The notes under the pieces are model-generated. The model was not told the origin of the DNA, searched no databases, and saw only the letters and a program-made list of their open reading frames with translations. Below, piece by piece: positions 25,862-38,589 of a stretch of 64,000 nt of DNA (within the stretch, counting starts at the first letter, position 1; each line of letters opens with the position of its first letter). Position numbers and translations under genes: made by a program. The DNA lies in assembly GCF_001194135.2 (NCBI RefSeq), contig NC_068986.1, positions 101,981,526 to 102,045,525 on the forward strand, written 5' to 3'. The DNA comes from Octopus bimaculoides (lineage: Eukaryota).

Positions 25862-26225
25862 ATTAGAATCAGTACGGTTGGACATTTATTTATTATTCTC
25901 CCCAATTCTTTCGACGCAATGTAGTTCTTCAAGAATACAGGCATTTGATTATGCAACTATTTGTTTGCATAATGATACCTAGTTGTGTTTCCTCAGGTGA
26001 TATACGAGTGTTGTGTCCATTAGTTTAAAATCGTTGATTTCAAGGCCATCTTCTCTGTAGCGGCTGATAGGCCCATCATTTTGCCGTGAGAACGCGTTTG
26101 TCGGACGCTTATGAATGGTAGTAGATGGTACTAGCTGGCATTCAAATGAGATTAGACTTCTATTTGGTTGTATATCTGACCTATTCCTCATGGCTGGCTA
26201 CACATGTGAATCTCTTAAGCTGATG
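25862..26225 (+). repeat. Left arm of a long inverted repeat (right arm 27488-27880)
   Basis: Exact 23-bp inverted match 26110-26132 vs 27580-27602, with continuous imperfect alignment over ~350 bp. Confidence 0.9.
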
Positions 26226-26943
26226 TGAATCTAAGAGATTGTATATACACTCGCGCTTGGCTATATGTATGTGGAAGTCAAAATGTAGGTTTACATACTT
26301 ACCTATGTATATGCGAGAGGTATATATATGTGCATAAGTGCATATGTTGATCGTTGCATGTATATACGTACGCATATAAATATATATGTATATGTTATAT
26401 ACATATATATATATATATATATNNNNNNNNNNNNNNNNNNNNNNNNNNNNNNNNNNNNNNNNNNNNNNNNNNNNNNNNNNNNNNNNNNNNNNNNNNNNNN
26501 NNNNNNNNNNNNNNNNNNNNNNNNNNNNNNNNNNNNNNNNNNNNNNNNNNNNNNNNNNNNNNNNNNNNNNNNNNNNNNNNNNNNNNNNNNNNNNNNNNNN
26601 NNNNNNNNNNNNNNNNNNNNNNNNNNNNNNNNNNNNNNNNNNNNNNNNNNNNNNNNNNNNNNNNNNNNNNNNNNNNNNNNNNNNNNNNNNNNNNNNNNNN
26701 NNNNNNNNNNNNNNNNNNNNNNNNNNNNNNNNNNNNNNNNNNNNNNNNNNNNNNNNNNNNNNNNNNNNNNNNNNNNNNNNNNNNNNNNNNNNNNNNNNNN
26801 NNNNNNNNNNNNNNNNNNNNNNNNNNNNNNNNNNNNNNNNNNNNNNNNNNNNNNNNNNNNNNNNNNNNNNNNNNNNNNNNNNNNNNNNNNNNNNNNNNNN
26901 NNNNNNNNNNNNNNNNNNNNNNNNNNNNNNNNNNNNNNNNNNN

Positions 26944-27463
26944 TCATCATACTGGTGGCCATGGTGAAACAATGTGTGTGGTGGACCCGAGCGAAAGGAT
27001 TAGAGACGAAAACTTACCTCTCTGGCCAATCGCTCATCAACTTTTTCAAGTATCACTTGAAAAGGAAGGTGAGAATAGAGAGACAGTTTTTGTCTCGTGA
27101 AAGTTTCATTAAAAGGTGGGTGAATGTAGCAAAGATGGTGCGTGCGAGTGACGATACCTCTTTGAGCATGATCCTATAAATCGAGAAAAAAAAAATGTTT
27201 TAAGAGAGAGAGAGAGAGAGCACTTCGCTCCCATGTGTCTATTCCCTGCTGAGGTTACCAAGGTCTTTTCCGTAGGTTTTTCTCTCCCTGGACAAACCTA
27301 ATGTTACCCCATTTTACACAATTGACATTTTCTGTGATATACGATACCCCCTTTTTTTTGCCCCTACCGATCCCTTTTGATCGGATTTTTTTTTTTTTTA
27401 AGAAAAGCTCTACAGTTGTATTTGTCCCCTCTGTGTGCAGCCCTGTGTGGCTAATAAAAGAAA
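26944..27463 (+). mobile_element. L1/Tx1-type LINE 3' end (ORF2 C-terminus plus 3' UTR)
   Basis: VKQCVWWTRAKG...LINFFKYHLKRKVRIERQFLSRESFIKRWVNVAKMV..SLSMIL* (Tx1/L1-like W..R / ER / F..RW spacing); UTR ends gtgtggctAATAAAagaaa. Confidence 0.7.
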
Positions 27464-27487
27464 GTTATCCTCATACTGAATACTAAA

Positions 27488-27880
27488 TCTCATCTTAAGA
27501 GAATCACATGTGTAGTCAGACATAGCGAACAGATCAGCGATACAACCAAATAGAAAGCCATCCCACTTAAATGCCACGCAGTACCATCTACTACCATTCA
27601 TAGCAGTCCGACAAATGCGCTCTCGCGACAAACACTATGAGTTTATCAGCTGCTACTGAACTGAAACTACGACCAACGGTGCAGCTGGCCTTGAAGACGA
27701 CAATTTTAATGTAACGGAGCCAACACTCGTGTATTGCCTGAAGAAACACAACTAGATCTCATTACGCAAACAAACTGTTGCATAATCAACTACATGTTTT
27801 CTTGGAGAAGTTGCGTTGAAACAATTGTAGCAAATAATGAATAAATGCCCAAAAGTACTCCTTCTTCTGATTCTAAGTTC
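27488..27880 (-). repeat. Right arm of the long inverted repeat
   Basis: See 25862-26225. Confidence 0.9.
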
Positions 27881-28039
27881 TTCAAGTTTACATTCAAACT
27901 CGGCGAATGTCATAACTTAAACTTGCCAATATGTAATAATGCTACCGGATGCTACTTGTCAATTCTGAAGCTGGACAAGCTTTATACTGTACTGTACCAC
28001 ACCCCGAACGGAATATAACATAAGTACACACACACAAAT

Positions 28040-28074
<35 letters not shown>

Positions 28075-29025
28075 TACACACACATACACACACACGCACA
28101 CACATATAGGAAAGAGTGGCACAACAAGGCACCAAATGAAAAGTAATTAAGAAAGTATCATTTGTCAAGTCAGACATACACAGATGTAATCACACATTTA
28201 TATACGAAGTGAGTGGACAATGTAATGAACACTCACTCAACTCAAGTAGTAGGAGTGTCATGTATTATTTAAAACAGTTTGATACGGTTCTGTGTCACTT
28301 AAATTTACACAGGACTCTAAAAGAGATCTGTCTCTTTCAGACACTGGATTACAGTAACGACAGCTACAGGAAGCCCATAATTGCAATGAAATATAAACTG
28401 GTATTGTCACGGTGAGTCACATAGCTTGACAAATAATATGAATTGCTTTAGCGACAACAGTTTCCATAGAAAAGGGGAAATTTGTTTGACCGCGTGGCTT
28501 GAGACACCTAGATGTCTGTGTGTAACAGAAACGTGGCCCTTGTGTGTGCTAGTGTGCGGTATGTATGTGTGCGTGTATGGACACATCTCATATATACACG
28601 TGTATATATATATATATATATATATATATNNNNNNNNNNNNNNNNNNNNNNNNNNNNNNNNNNNNNNNNNNNNNNNNNNNNNNNNNNNNNNNNNNNNNNN
28701 NNNNNNNNNNNNNNNNNNNNNNNNNNNNNNNNNNNNNNNNNNNNNNNNNNNNNNNNNNNNNNNNNNNNNNNNNNNNNNNNNNNNNNNNNNNNNNNNNNNN
28801 NNNNNTTTGTTTAAAAGAGTTCCAACAATGTATGTTTTTTACGTTTTATTTATATTCCTGCAGAACCAATGTGGGGTATAGAATATGGAATATACAATAT
28901 ATAGCATAAAATAAAATAAAATAAAAATGGATGGCACCATGAAAGAAAGTATTGAATGTAGATGAAATATTGAGTGTTCAATATAAAGGATCAAATATAT
29001 AAATATAAAAATATAAATATATAAA

Positions 29026-29065
29026 GGCGACTCGAGTTTCAGGGCTATTTCCCTTCGTCATGGCC
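29026..29065 (-). ncRNA. Minimal type-I hammerhead ribozyme motif with a 1-nt insertion in the core
   Basis: ggc-C(a)TGACGA-aggg-aaatag-ccct-GAAAC-tcga-GTC-gcc: stem I ggc/gcc, stem II aggg/ccct, palindromic stem III ACTCGAGT, GUC triplet. Confidence 0.65.
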
Positions 29066-29082
29066 GGTATGACAGACTTTAA

Positions 29083-29182
29083 CAGTCGACCTCGGCGGAA
29101 TTTGACTCAGAACATAAAGACATATGAAATACCGCTAAACATTTCGCCTGCCGTGTGAAAGATTCTGCCAGCTCGCCGCCTT
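29083..29182 (-). mobile_element. SINE family C, 5' half
   Basis: gtcgacctcggcggaatttgactcagaac...gattctgccagctcgccgcctt. Confidence 0.85.
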
Positions 29183-29865
29183 ATATATATAGTGCAATAT
29201 TTGCAAACGTTAATTGTATATTTATATGCAGGATTCCTTGTCGTTGACCGAAATATCTCAAATTTTAATTTGAGTGTTAGCATTTAATTCAGTTTTTTAT
29301 GATGTTCTGCTGAAGCATAAATTGCGAGAGATATCAGATATGTAGGTACATGCATAGGCACACAATCACGTATAACAAAACACATATGTGTGCATGCTTA
29401 CACACGGACACAAGCGGAGAGACACGGAGAATATTTGGCCGAATTATATGAGGTACCAAGTCAAATCACATTGCGCCTGGTAAAATAAAAAAAAAAATAC
29501 AGCACATCCTGCCTCGCTACTTCAACAGAAACATCTCTATTTGTGTGTGCGTGCCTGCATGTTTGTGCGCGCTCGAATGTGTGCCTGCATTTTAATATAA
29601 AGAAAATAAGTGGAGACAAAGTATCAATAAATGTTACATAATAGAATATATTTATAACTTTTGAAACAAATGTCGTCGCCCGTCGAAGTAGGCAGTTATT
29701 CTACAACTGAATTTATATATACGTAGTTTTCAGTTATCCCTTGAAAAAAATCGTTAAGATATCGTTCTATTCTTGTTGTGGTATATTTTTTTCTTTTGCT
29801 TTCATGTGATGCAGTATAATATTAAATAGAAAGTGATAAAGATCTCCAAATAAGGATATTCAAAT

Positions 29866-29904
<39 letters not shown>

Positions 29905-30735
29905 TCATTCATACGTATATTCAGACATATAAATACACACACACACACATACACACACACACATATATGNNNNNNNNNNNNNNNNNNNNNNNNNNNNNNN
30001 NNNNNNNNNNNNNNNNNNNNNNNNNNNNNNNNNNNNNNNNNNNNNNNNNNNNNNNNNNNNNNNNNNNNNNNNNNNNNNNNNNNNNNNNNNNNNNNNNNNN
30101 NNNNNNNNNNNNNNNNNNNNNNNNNNNNNNNNNNNNNNNNNNNNNNNNNNNNNNNNNNNNNNNNNNNNNNNNNNNNNNNNNNNNNNNNNNNNNNNNNNNN
30201 NNNNNNNNNNNNNNNNNNNNNNNNNNNNNNNNNNNNNNNNNNNNNNNNNNNNNNNNNNNNNNNNNNNNNNNNNNNNNNNNNNNNNNNNNNNNNNNNNNNN
30301 NNNNNNNNNNNNNNNNNNNNNNNNNNNNNNNNNNNNNNNNNNNNNNNNNNNNNNNNNNNNNNNNNNNNNNNNNNNNNNNNNNNNNNNNNNNNNNNNNNNN
30401 NNNNNNNNNNNNNNNNNNNNNNNNNNNNNNNNNNNNNNNNNNNNNNNNNNNNNNNNNNNNNNNNNNNNNNNNNNNNNNNNNNNNNNNNNNNNATATATAT
30501 ATATATATATATAAAGCTAAGTATGTGAAGTAGATAAATATAAATATCATGCAAATCGACATATAGATAGTGAATTTTTATGAAAATGTGTGTTTGTACA
30601 CGTGCTTGAGTAGTTTGTTGTGTAATATAGTCAGTCCTTGTAACATGGTGAGCATGTTCGTTTATCATGTATTATTATTTTTTTGTGTTGGTATATATGT
30701 GTGTGGCACCTTTGCAATATATATTTTCATAACAG

Positions 30736-30779
30736 CTTCGGAGAAGCGAGACTGTCAACGAATATGCAAAAAAGAACAT
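30736..30779 (+). CDS. Candidate 44-nt micro-exon, unknown product
   Basis: attttcataacag|...|gtaaga; all three frames open (e.g. SEKRDCQRICKKEH or LRRSETVNEYAKKN); no homology recognised. Confidence 0.2.
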
Positions 30780-31181
30780 GTAAGATTTTTTTTAAGTGGG
30801 CGTTCTTTGCTGTTTTCTCAGACGACTGAGTACAGTTCTTTTTTTCTTTTTTATTTACATGTAATCTGCTATATTTTATCATATAGTCTATCTTTTATTT
30901 TTCTGTGTCCAATTAGTTATATATATAAAAAGAAAAGTTCACACATGAAAAATGTTGTAAACTGTGTTATATCTTCCGTTATCCATAACATAATATTTTA
31001 TTTAGCTAGCTAAAACAAATGGAGAAACTAAGCAATATCTACGTGGAATTCTCTTATAACGAAAAGACATTTGCACGGGCGTAACTATTCCAACACGGAA
31101 AATATTTCTGCTATACATATTTGTATATATACGTATGTTTGCATTTAAACATACATAAGTAAGTTCAGATAAATACACACA

Positions 31182-31247
<66 letters not shown>

Positions 31248-34104
31248 TACACACACACACATACACACACACAAATATACAAATATTTTAGGTATATCCG
31301 CATCTGAAATTAACACATCTTGGTTTTACTTCATTTAGACTTGGACTTCTAAAGGCTTTGCATTAGGCTCACGACCATTTGTGAGCTTTTGTGTGGTTCA
31401 CTGTGTTCAAGGAATGTTTTTCACTAATGTTATAGACAATTTAGTACTCAATCAGGTAACCAAGCTTGTTCGCTCCTATATACGCAAGTTTCCTGGAACC
31501 AGAAGTGATAATAACATGCGTTGTAGCATAAAAATATGTATAGGGCTCCATCGATGAATTTATTTCAAAATCAAGACAACACAAAAAAATGTTCCTTGGC
31601 AATCTGGTAAAGCAAGCCAAAGTTTGGATGTTTTACTTTTTACAAATAAGACAAACAGTACATGAAATCTTCCAAAAGCTGGGTCGACTACGAAATTGAT
31701 AGCATATGGAATACTGAAATAGTATTCAATACGCGATTCATTCTTTTGTCTGGAAATGCAAACGAGTTTAACAAGTAGACCTATAAACATGTCATCGAGG
31801 GAGTGTTGCCACATCTTTTGTGACGGACGAGATCGAGTACAATAATGTTATTCATTTGCACCATGGAAAATACAAACCTTTAACTGAGATTTTCTGATGA
31901 AGCTTTTTAGTTTTACTCATTTTTGAAACCACCTCAGCATTTAACAACATACAGTCATGTTGAATAATGGCAGTAGATATAAATTATTCAAGTGACCTAT
32001 GCTCACCACAATTAAGGTTGCAGTGACTAAACATTTCATGCTATATTAATATGGTTCATTTGAGAAAACATAACTGAACAATGTTATTGCGTTCTATTGT
32101 ATATATATNNNNNNNNNNNNNNNNNNNNNNNNNNNNNNNNNNNNNNNNNNNNNNNNNNNNNNNNNNNNNNNNNNNNNNNNNNNNNNNNNNNNNNATATAT
32201 ATATATATAAATATAGAAAACGCGCACAGGAAAAAGTTTGCTGTTAAGGGGAAATATTTTATCAGTATTCGTAGTGTCACTGGATGACAGAAATTATAAG
32301 CAACAGTTAACATCTATGCTTCTGCAAAGACTACTTTAAAGTGAAATGTATTCGTCCATTTCGAAATGTGTCACGCGTGAAACTCGTAAAGAAAAATAGA
32401 CGTTCTCTATGAAATATGAATACAAAAAATTCGCTTCTTTTTCAAATACAGTAATTAAAATGTATATGACAATACAGCGCCAACATTCTCTGACCTCTTT
32501 AGCTCTGGGAAATCCTCAACATCATATTTTACTTCTCAGCAAATAATTTCATTTTAATTATGTAGCTTTTGTCAGCAATTTGAGTGATGATGTTTCCAGA
32601 ATATGACCTCGAGCATAGCCTTTTGTTCAGCTCTATTTATGGAAAGTAATTATAATCGCAGCATTGGCAAATAAAGTCTAAATTGCATTGAACAATAATG
32701 GGAGAGTAGAGATGGGTGTACTATTCCTATAAATCACTCTCTTCGGCCCTATGCTCCTACCATCAGCTATTTGTAAGCTCTCATGAGAAGCCTGATTTAT
32801 GGAGCATTAATGTGAACATAAGTTCCTTCTTCATAGCTCAAGTTACGGCTCAATAGAGAAGGCTGCTCTTTACTCTCAACCTGAGGAAAGCAAATCTTCA
32901 TTCTGAAATATTTGGTTGCCACAATGCACTATATTTTATCTTTTTAAAACTAGCTATAAATCTATCATGAAGTTTATACAAATGTATACCAATAATATAA
33001 AATTATAAAAATTCAAATATAAAAATATAGGTATATATAACTATACGTAAAGAGTCCTAAACAATAATACATTTTGAATTTGATCTTGCAATAATTTTCA
33101 ACTTATTGTTATATAAATAAATATCACTGTAAAACGAATTCATACAAATATATTTTTCGATATATTTGGACACACTTCTGGGAACCATATTGAATTTTGT
33201 CAGCAGAAGATTTGCAATTATAAATAGCGGTGAAAATCCATTGTCTACATTTGAGATTAAAATAAATCAATAAGATTCAATTATATGTCTTATATAAAAA
33301 AAAAAGATTGCCAGATACTAATGGAATTTAAATCATAAATCCTTATACACAAAGTATGATAGCTGTTGAATAGAATGTCAAATAAGATCGTCTTAATGAT
33401 TAGGGAGTGACACGTTGTTAGTACGAAAATGGTAACAAGGATTAGAGAAAGATAATAGTAGCGATAAATTTAAGTGATGATTAATTTAAATTCGGAAATA
33501 TTAAAGATTAAATAGAAATATTCTACAGTATGCCACTAGAAATAAAAGACACCTCATTGTTATTTGGATAACATTAATCTGAACATAATAGTTAATACAG
33601 TGGACATATTATTGTTTTTTATATTCTTTTGCATTTGAATGAAATTAATGTATTTGTGATCGTATTTAACCATAAAATTATCAAGAAACTTTCTGGATAT
33701 CGGTACCTGTTGAGACAATTCTCTGTGATTGCAAAAATATAACATAGTGCATTGAGACAATGGCAATATCAATTATTGTATCTATAAAGTGAAGAAAGCA
33801 AAGAAGTTAATACATATTTCCGAGATTTAATCCTAGATGTAATTGAAATGACATATCATTTTAAAAGTAGACACATAAATTATGCCTCCGGTCAAACTAT
33901 ATATATTCAGTGGAATTGTGACAAATGAAAATTGCATGAAAGACTGTCGGGCATATGTAATCAGTGGATCACTCACGCTAATTGTACATGAGAATTAAGT
34001 TTAGATCAAATATGCCGCGCAGATTAAAATTGAATTAAAGTTAAATAATGCAGTTAGTGAAATATCTTAACACTCGTAAGTAATAGAGCGACGGAGATCC
34101 TCTG

Positions 34105-34143
<39 letters not shown>

Positions 34144-34153
34144 NNNNNNNNNN

Positions 34154-34191
<38 letters not shown>

Positions 34192-34855
34192 TTATATGCA
34201 TATACATACACGCAAACAGACTTCCCCCTCCGCACCCGCGCACACTCACCCACCCCCAGATACCCCCCACACACATACGCACATATATGTATATAATTAT
34301 ATATAAATATATACAACATTATTACTCGTGAGCGATAATGTTAGTCGCCGCAAGCTTAAAACCGTATAGGTAAAATTAATAGGTATATGTAAGAATTAAG
34401 TATAAGAAGAGCACTAAGAAGCAAACATTTTGCTAGAAATAGGAGTCAAAATACTCTGAAGCCAAAATAATTAACACTAGATTTTCACATGCAAGGTTGA
34501 AAAAAAAATAACCAAGAGAATAAGGCTTGCATCTTACCTCTACAAAATTGCAGAAGGAATTTCAGTTAACCTGGTATCTTGATTTTGAATTTAGTGCTAA
34601 ATGCACTTAATTCTCTTCACCCTTGTCTACTCGTAACAAAGCTTATATTTCACTTCAACCAATGCCTGTGTTCGTTTCAAGGGCGAAGCCACAATGAGAG
34701 AATGAGCAAAATGAATAAATTTATACATATATAAAGAACATTATTACTCACAAGATGTAACAATGTTTGTGGCCGCAAGGCTTGTGGCTTCGTAGTATTT
34801 TGATTACTATTTCTAGCAAAGCTGGTGTTTCATAGTGTTCTTCCTATAATGATTT

Positions 34856-34894
<39 letters not shown>

Positions 34895-34896
34895 CA

Positions 34897-35011
34897 CTTT
34901 TACTTGTTCAAGTTATTTGACTGTGGCCATGCTGGAGCACCACCTCTAGTCGAGCAAATCGACCCCAGGAGTTATTCTTTGTAAGCCTAGTACTTATTAT
35001 ATCATTCTCTT
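34897..35011 (-). mobile_element. SINE family B, 3' end, cut by gap
   Basis: tttgactgtggccatgctggagcaccacctctagtcgagcaaatcgaccccagg...taagcctagtacttat. Confidence 0.85.
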
Positions 35012-35667
35012 NNNNNNNNNNNNNNNNNNNNNNNNNNNNNNNNNNNNNNNNNNNNNNNNNNNNNNNNNNNNNNNNNNNNNNNNNNNNNNNNNNNNNNNNN
35101 NNNNNNNNNNNNNNNNNNNNNNNNNNNNNNNNNNNNNNNNNNNNNNNNNNNNNNNNNNNNNNNNNNNNNNNNNNNNNNNNNNNNNNNNNNNNNNNNNNNN
35201 NNNNNNNNNNNNNNNNNNNNNNNNNNNNNNNNNNNNNNNNNNNNNNNNNNNNNNNNNNNNNNNNNNNNNNNNNNNNNNNNNNNNNNNNNNNNNNNNNNNN
35301 NNNNNNNNNNNNNNNNNNNNNNNNNNNNNNNNNNNNNNNNNNNNNNNNNNNNNNNNNNNNNNNNNNNNNNNNNNNNNNNNNNNNNNNNNNNNNNNNNNNN
35401 NNNNNNNNNNNNNNNNNNNNNNNNNNNNNNNNNNNNNNNNNNNNNNNNNNNNNNNNNNNNNNNNNNNNNNNNNNNNNNNNNNNNNNNNNNNNNNNNNNNN
35501 NNNNNNNNNNNNNNNNNNNNNNNNNNNNNNNNNNNNNNNNNNNNNNNNNNNNNNNNNNNNNNNNNNNNNNNNNNNNNNNNNNNNNNNNNNNNNNNNNNNN
35601 NNNNNNNNNNNNNNNNNNNNNNNNNNNNNNNNNNNNNNNNNNNNNNNNNNNNNNNNNNNNNNNNNNN

Positions 35668-35735
<68 letters not shown>

Positions 35736-36351
35736 TGATATATGTTTTCGTTGTAAGATATATTTATCTTTAATTTTCCACCTAAAAGTGGATTCTCCTC
35801 AATGTTATACTTTATTATCTTTCCGTTCTTCATTGTATGATGTTCTACTTTATGTTCCTATGCAGCCATTTCCAATGTGTCTATTCCCATCTCTATCTTA
35901 ATATATATTTATATATAATTGTATATATACACACATAAGCACACTTACACACACGCATTTATACAAAAAAGGTTCTTAAAGCGCCTCAAATTCACTTCCG
36001 TCTTTCAGCGACTGCATGGTGTATTTACGCGTGCGTTGCAGCGCACATATTATGATTTTATTGTGATTATTTATTTATAACATTATATATGCATTGATCA
36101 TATATGTTATTCTTTGTAGCCTATTCTATTATATTGCTGTTTGGACAAGCCTTTCAAACAAATTGTTTTCGCTATTTATTTCAGGAAAGGAATTTAGCAT
36201 TTATGACTTAAGAAATCAATGATAGATTTCTTGGCACTCTTAAATTCATCTTCGTTTTACGATAATTTCTCTTTTTGTCTAAATTTTTTACTCATTTCAT
36301 TTTGTTTTGGGCATTGTATTTTTCCACCAGTACCACCGCCACGACCACCAC

Positions 36352-36354
36352 CTG

Positions 36355-36412
<58 letters not shown>
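36352..36412 (+). repeat. (CTA)n microsatellite
   Basis: Direct inspection. Confidence 0.95.
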
Positions 36413-36414
<2 letters not shown>

Positions 36415-36613
36415 TTAGCCTTTATCTTTTTATTTGTTCTTGTTATTGTTCGCACAATTGTTGTTTACAATAGTTTTCTACCGTCTCCTTTGTATGTTCT
36501 GCTTTGTTTTTTATTTCTCGATACGTAGTATTTATTGTTATCAATATTGTAAATTATTTTAGTTTACGTTGCAGTAGAAATAGCAATTTGCAATTAATCT
36601 ATAACTTTCACAG

Positions 36614-36697
36614 GAACAAGTTACTCTGGCTCCTACCCTCTCCATCAAAAAAGACAAGAAAAAAAGTAAGGATAAAGAAGATTCCCGACGCACTTAG
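36614..36697 (+). CDS. Candidate exon EQVTLAPTLSIKKDKKKSKDKEDSRRT* (terminal), or a 52-nt internal exon using the donor at 36666
   Basis: taactttcacag| acceptor; lysine-rich protein-like frame; internal aa|gtaagg donor; no homologue recognised. Confidence 0.25.
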   Translation, partial: EQVTLAPTLSIKKDKKKSKDKEDSRRT

Positions 36698-37382
36698 GGA
36701 AGGGGAGAGTACAGGAAAAAAATGTTAAATAAATAGATGCATTTTACTTACAGTACAAAAAACACCACTTGTCAAGAAGTGGTGTGAGATAATAATGTCT
36801 TGGTTTGTGTACTTAACAAAATCGTATATTTACATATATGATATATGTGCGTGTGTGTATTTGTGTGTAGGTGTGTGTTTGTGAGTGAGTGTGTGTGGTG
36901 AATATGAGATACATACATCGTAAAAGAGTTTTTCAAATAATGTTGATAATAATAGGTTTTTTTCTAAGACATGATGCTTTGAATCCAACCTACTTTTTAA
37001 AGGGTTTAGTTATGTACACAAACCAAGGCATTGGTAACCCAATATATTTCAAGCTAACATTTATAATTCAAAATAATTTAATTCCCATCTGGAATCTAGA
37101 AGTGTGTACAGTTCCATAATGTGCATACACATGCACGCACGAATTCATATATATGTGTGTTTGTGTGTGCATTTATTTGTGTGTGTGTTTGAAAGTGTAT
37201 GTGTGGGTGTGGTGTATTTATACGTACGTGTTCTGATCAAAGGTATCAGAAATGTAGGCAGAGTAATGAACCTAATGCGCGTAGAGTAAAACCGCTCCAC
37301 ACAAATTGACATTAATCTCCTTTTAGTACTGGCACCGGATTGCTTCCAGTTCTGCAGTTTGTTTCATATGCTCTGGGGACAA

Positions 37383-37706
37383 TGTGAAGGCGCGTATTAG
37401 TGGTTAGGGCATTCGGCTCGCGATCGTAATGTCTTGAGTTCGATTCCCGGCGACGCGTTGTGCCCTTGAGTAAGACACTTTATTTCACGTTGCTCCAGTC
37501 CACTCGGCTGACAAAAATGAGTAGTACCTGTATTTCAAAGGGCCGGTCTTGTAACGCTATGTGTCACGCTGAGTCTCCCTGAGAACTACGTTAAGGGTAC
37601 AAGTGTTTGTGGAGTGCTCAGACACTTGCACGTTAATTTCACGAGCAAGTTGTTCCGTTGATCGGATCAGCTGGGACCCTCGCCATCGTAACCGATGGAG
37701 TGCTCC
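37383..37706 (+). mobile_element. tRNA-headed SINE with CORE-like segment and family-A 3' tail
   Basis: Head tagtggttaggg...gagttcgattccc (A/B boxes), ccttgagtaagacact, tail gagaactacgttaagggtac...gttccgttgatcggatcagctgg. Confidence 0.85.
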
Positions 37707-38530
37707 GGGGAACAATAGTTGCGTGCAATAGTCGAAGCCTCTGTGAAATAAATTCCTCCATAAGAGTAGAAGGGCCTCCTTTTCCTGGTTCTGAATGTCC
37801 TCAGAATGCATCCAGCCGCTTGTATTCACAGTGTTGCCATTTTGGTAGTGGAGGCGCAATGGCCCAGTGGTTAGGGAAGTGGACTCGCAGTTATAGGATC
37901 ACGGTTTCGATTCCCAGACCGGGTGTTGTGAGTGTTTATTGAGCGAAAACACATAAATCTCCACGAGGCTCCGGCAGGGAATGGTGGCGAAACATGCTGT
38001 ATTCTCCCACCACAACTTTCTCTCACTCCTACTTCCTGTTGTGTCTGTAATTCAAAGGGTCAGCCTTGTCACACTGTGTCACGCTGAATATCCCCGAGAA
38101 CTACGTTAATGATACACGTGTCTGTGGAGTGCTCAGCCACTTGCACGTTAATTTCACGAGCAGGCTGTTCCGTTGATCGGATCAACTGGAATTCTCAACG
38201 GCGTAAGCGACGGAGTGCTAACAACAACAGCCATCTTGGCAATATGTATATGGAATATTTCATCATTGCTAATGTAAACCCCATTTCACGCACGACTCTG
38301 ATTCTGGGATCGTATTAAATTCTGATCCAGTATATTCCGGTTTTAGCCTGGTATTGGACCGATAGTGGAGCGCCTGAACATCCATTACATTGAATTGCAT
38401 GCTGTTTTCGTTAATCCATTTGCATATTTCATTCAGTACTTTCTGCAGTTTTATGATGTCATCTGGGTTCCTTACTGCTTGCGATACTTGTGTATCGTCA
38501 ACATAACTGGTCAGATTGGCTGACTACGCC
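37707..38530 (-). mobile_element. CR1/L2-group LINE RT fragment, interrupted by the SINE at 37850-38229
   Basis: ANLTSYVDDTQVSQAVRNPDDIIKLQKVLNEICKWINENSMQFN (YADD region); then YISNDEIFHIHIAKM; after the SINE, SGW..LRTFRTR..LLLLWRNLFHRGFDYCTQL. Confidence 0.85.
37850..38229 (+). mobile_element. SINE family A, full length, with degenerate 14-bp TSD
   Basis: ggaggcgcaatggcccagtggttaggg...ggtttcgattccc head, (AAC) tail; flanks gccattttggtagt (37836-37849) / gccatcttggcaat (38230-38243). Confidence 0.9.
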
Positions 38531-38589
38531 AAATACCATTTTAACAAACAAAACCTTTGAAATCATTTATAAATAGATATAAAAAGGGA

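Noticed and set aside
37850-37925. tRNA-like sequences here and at 16880-16961, 37390-37450, 57480-57550
   Set aside because: A/B boxes are present but there is no complete acceptor stem, and each continues into a shared SINE body
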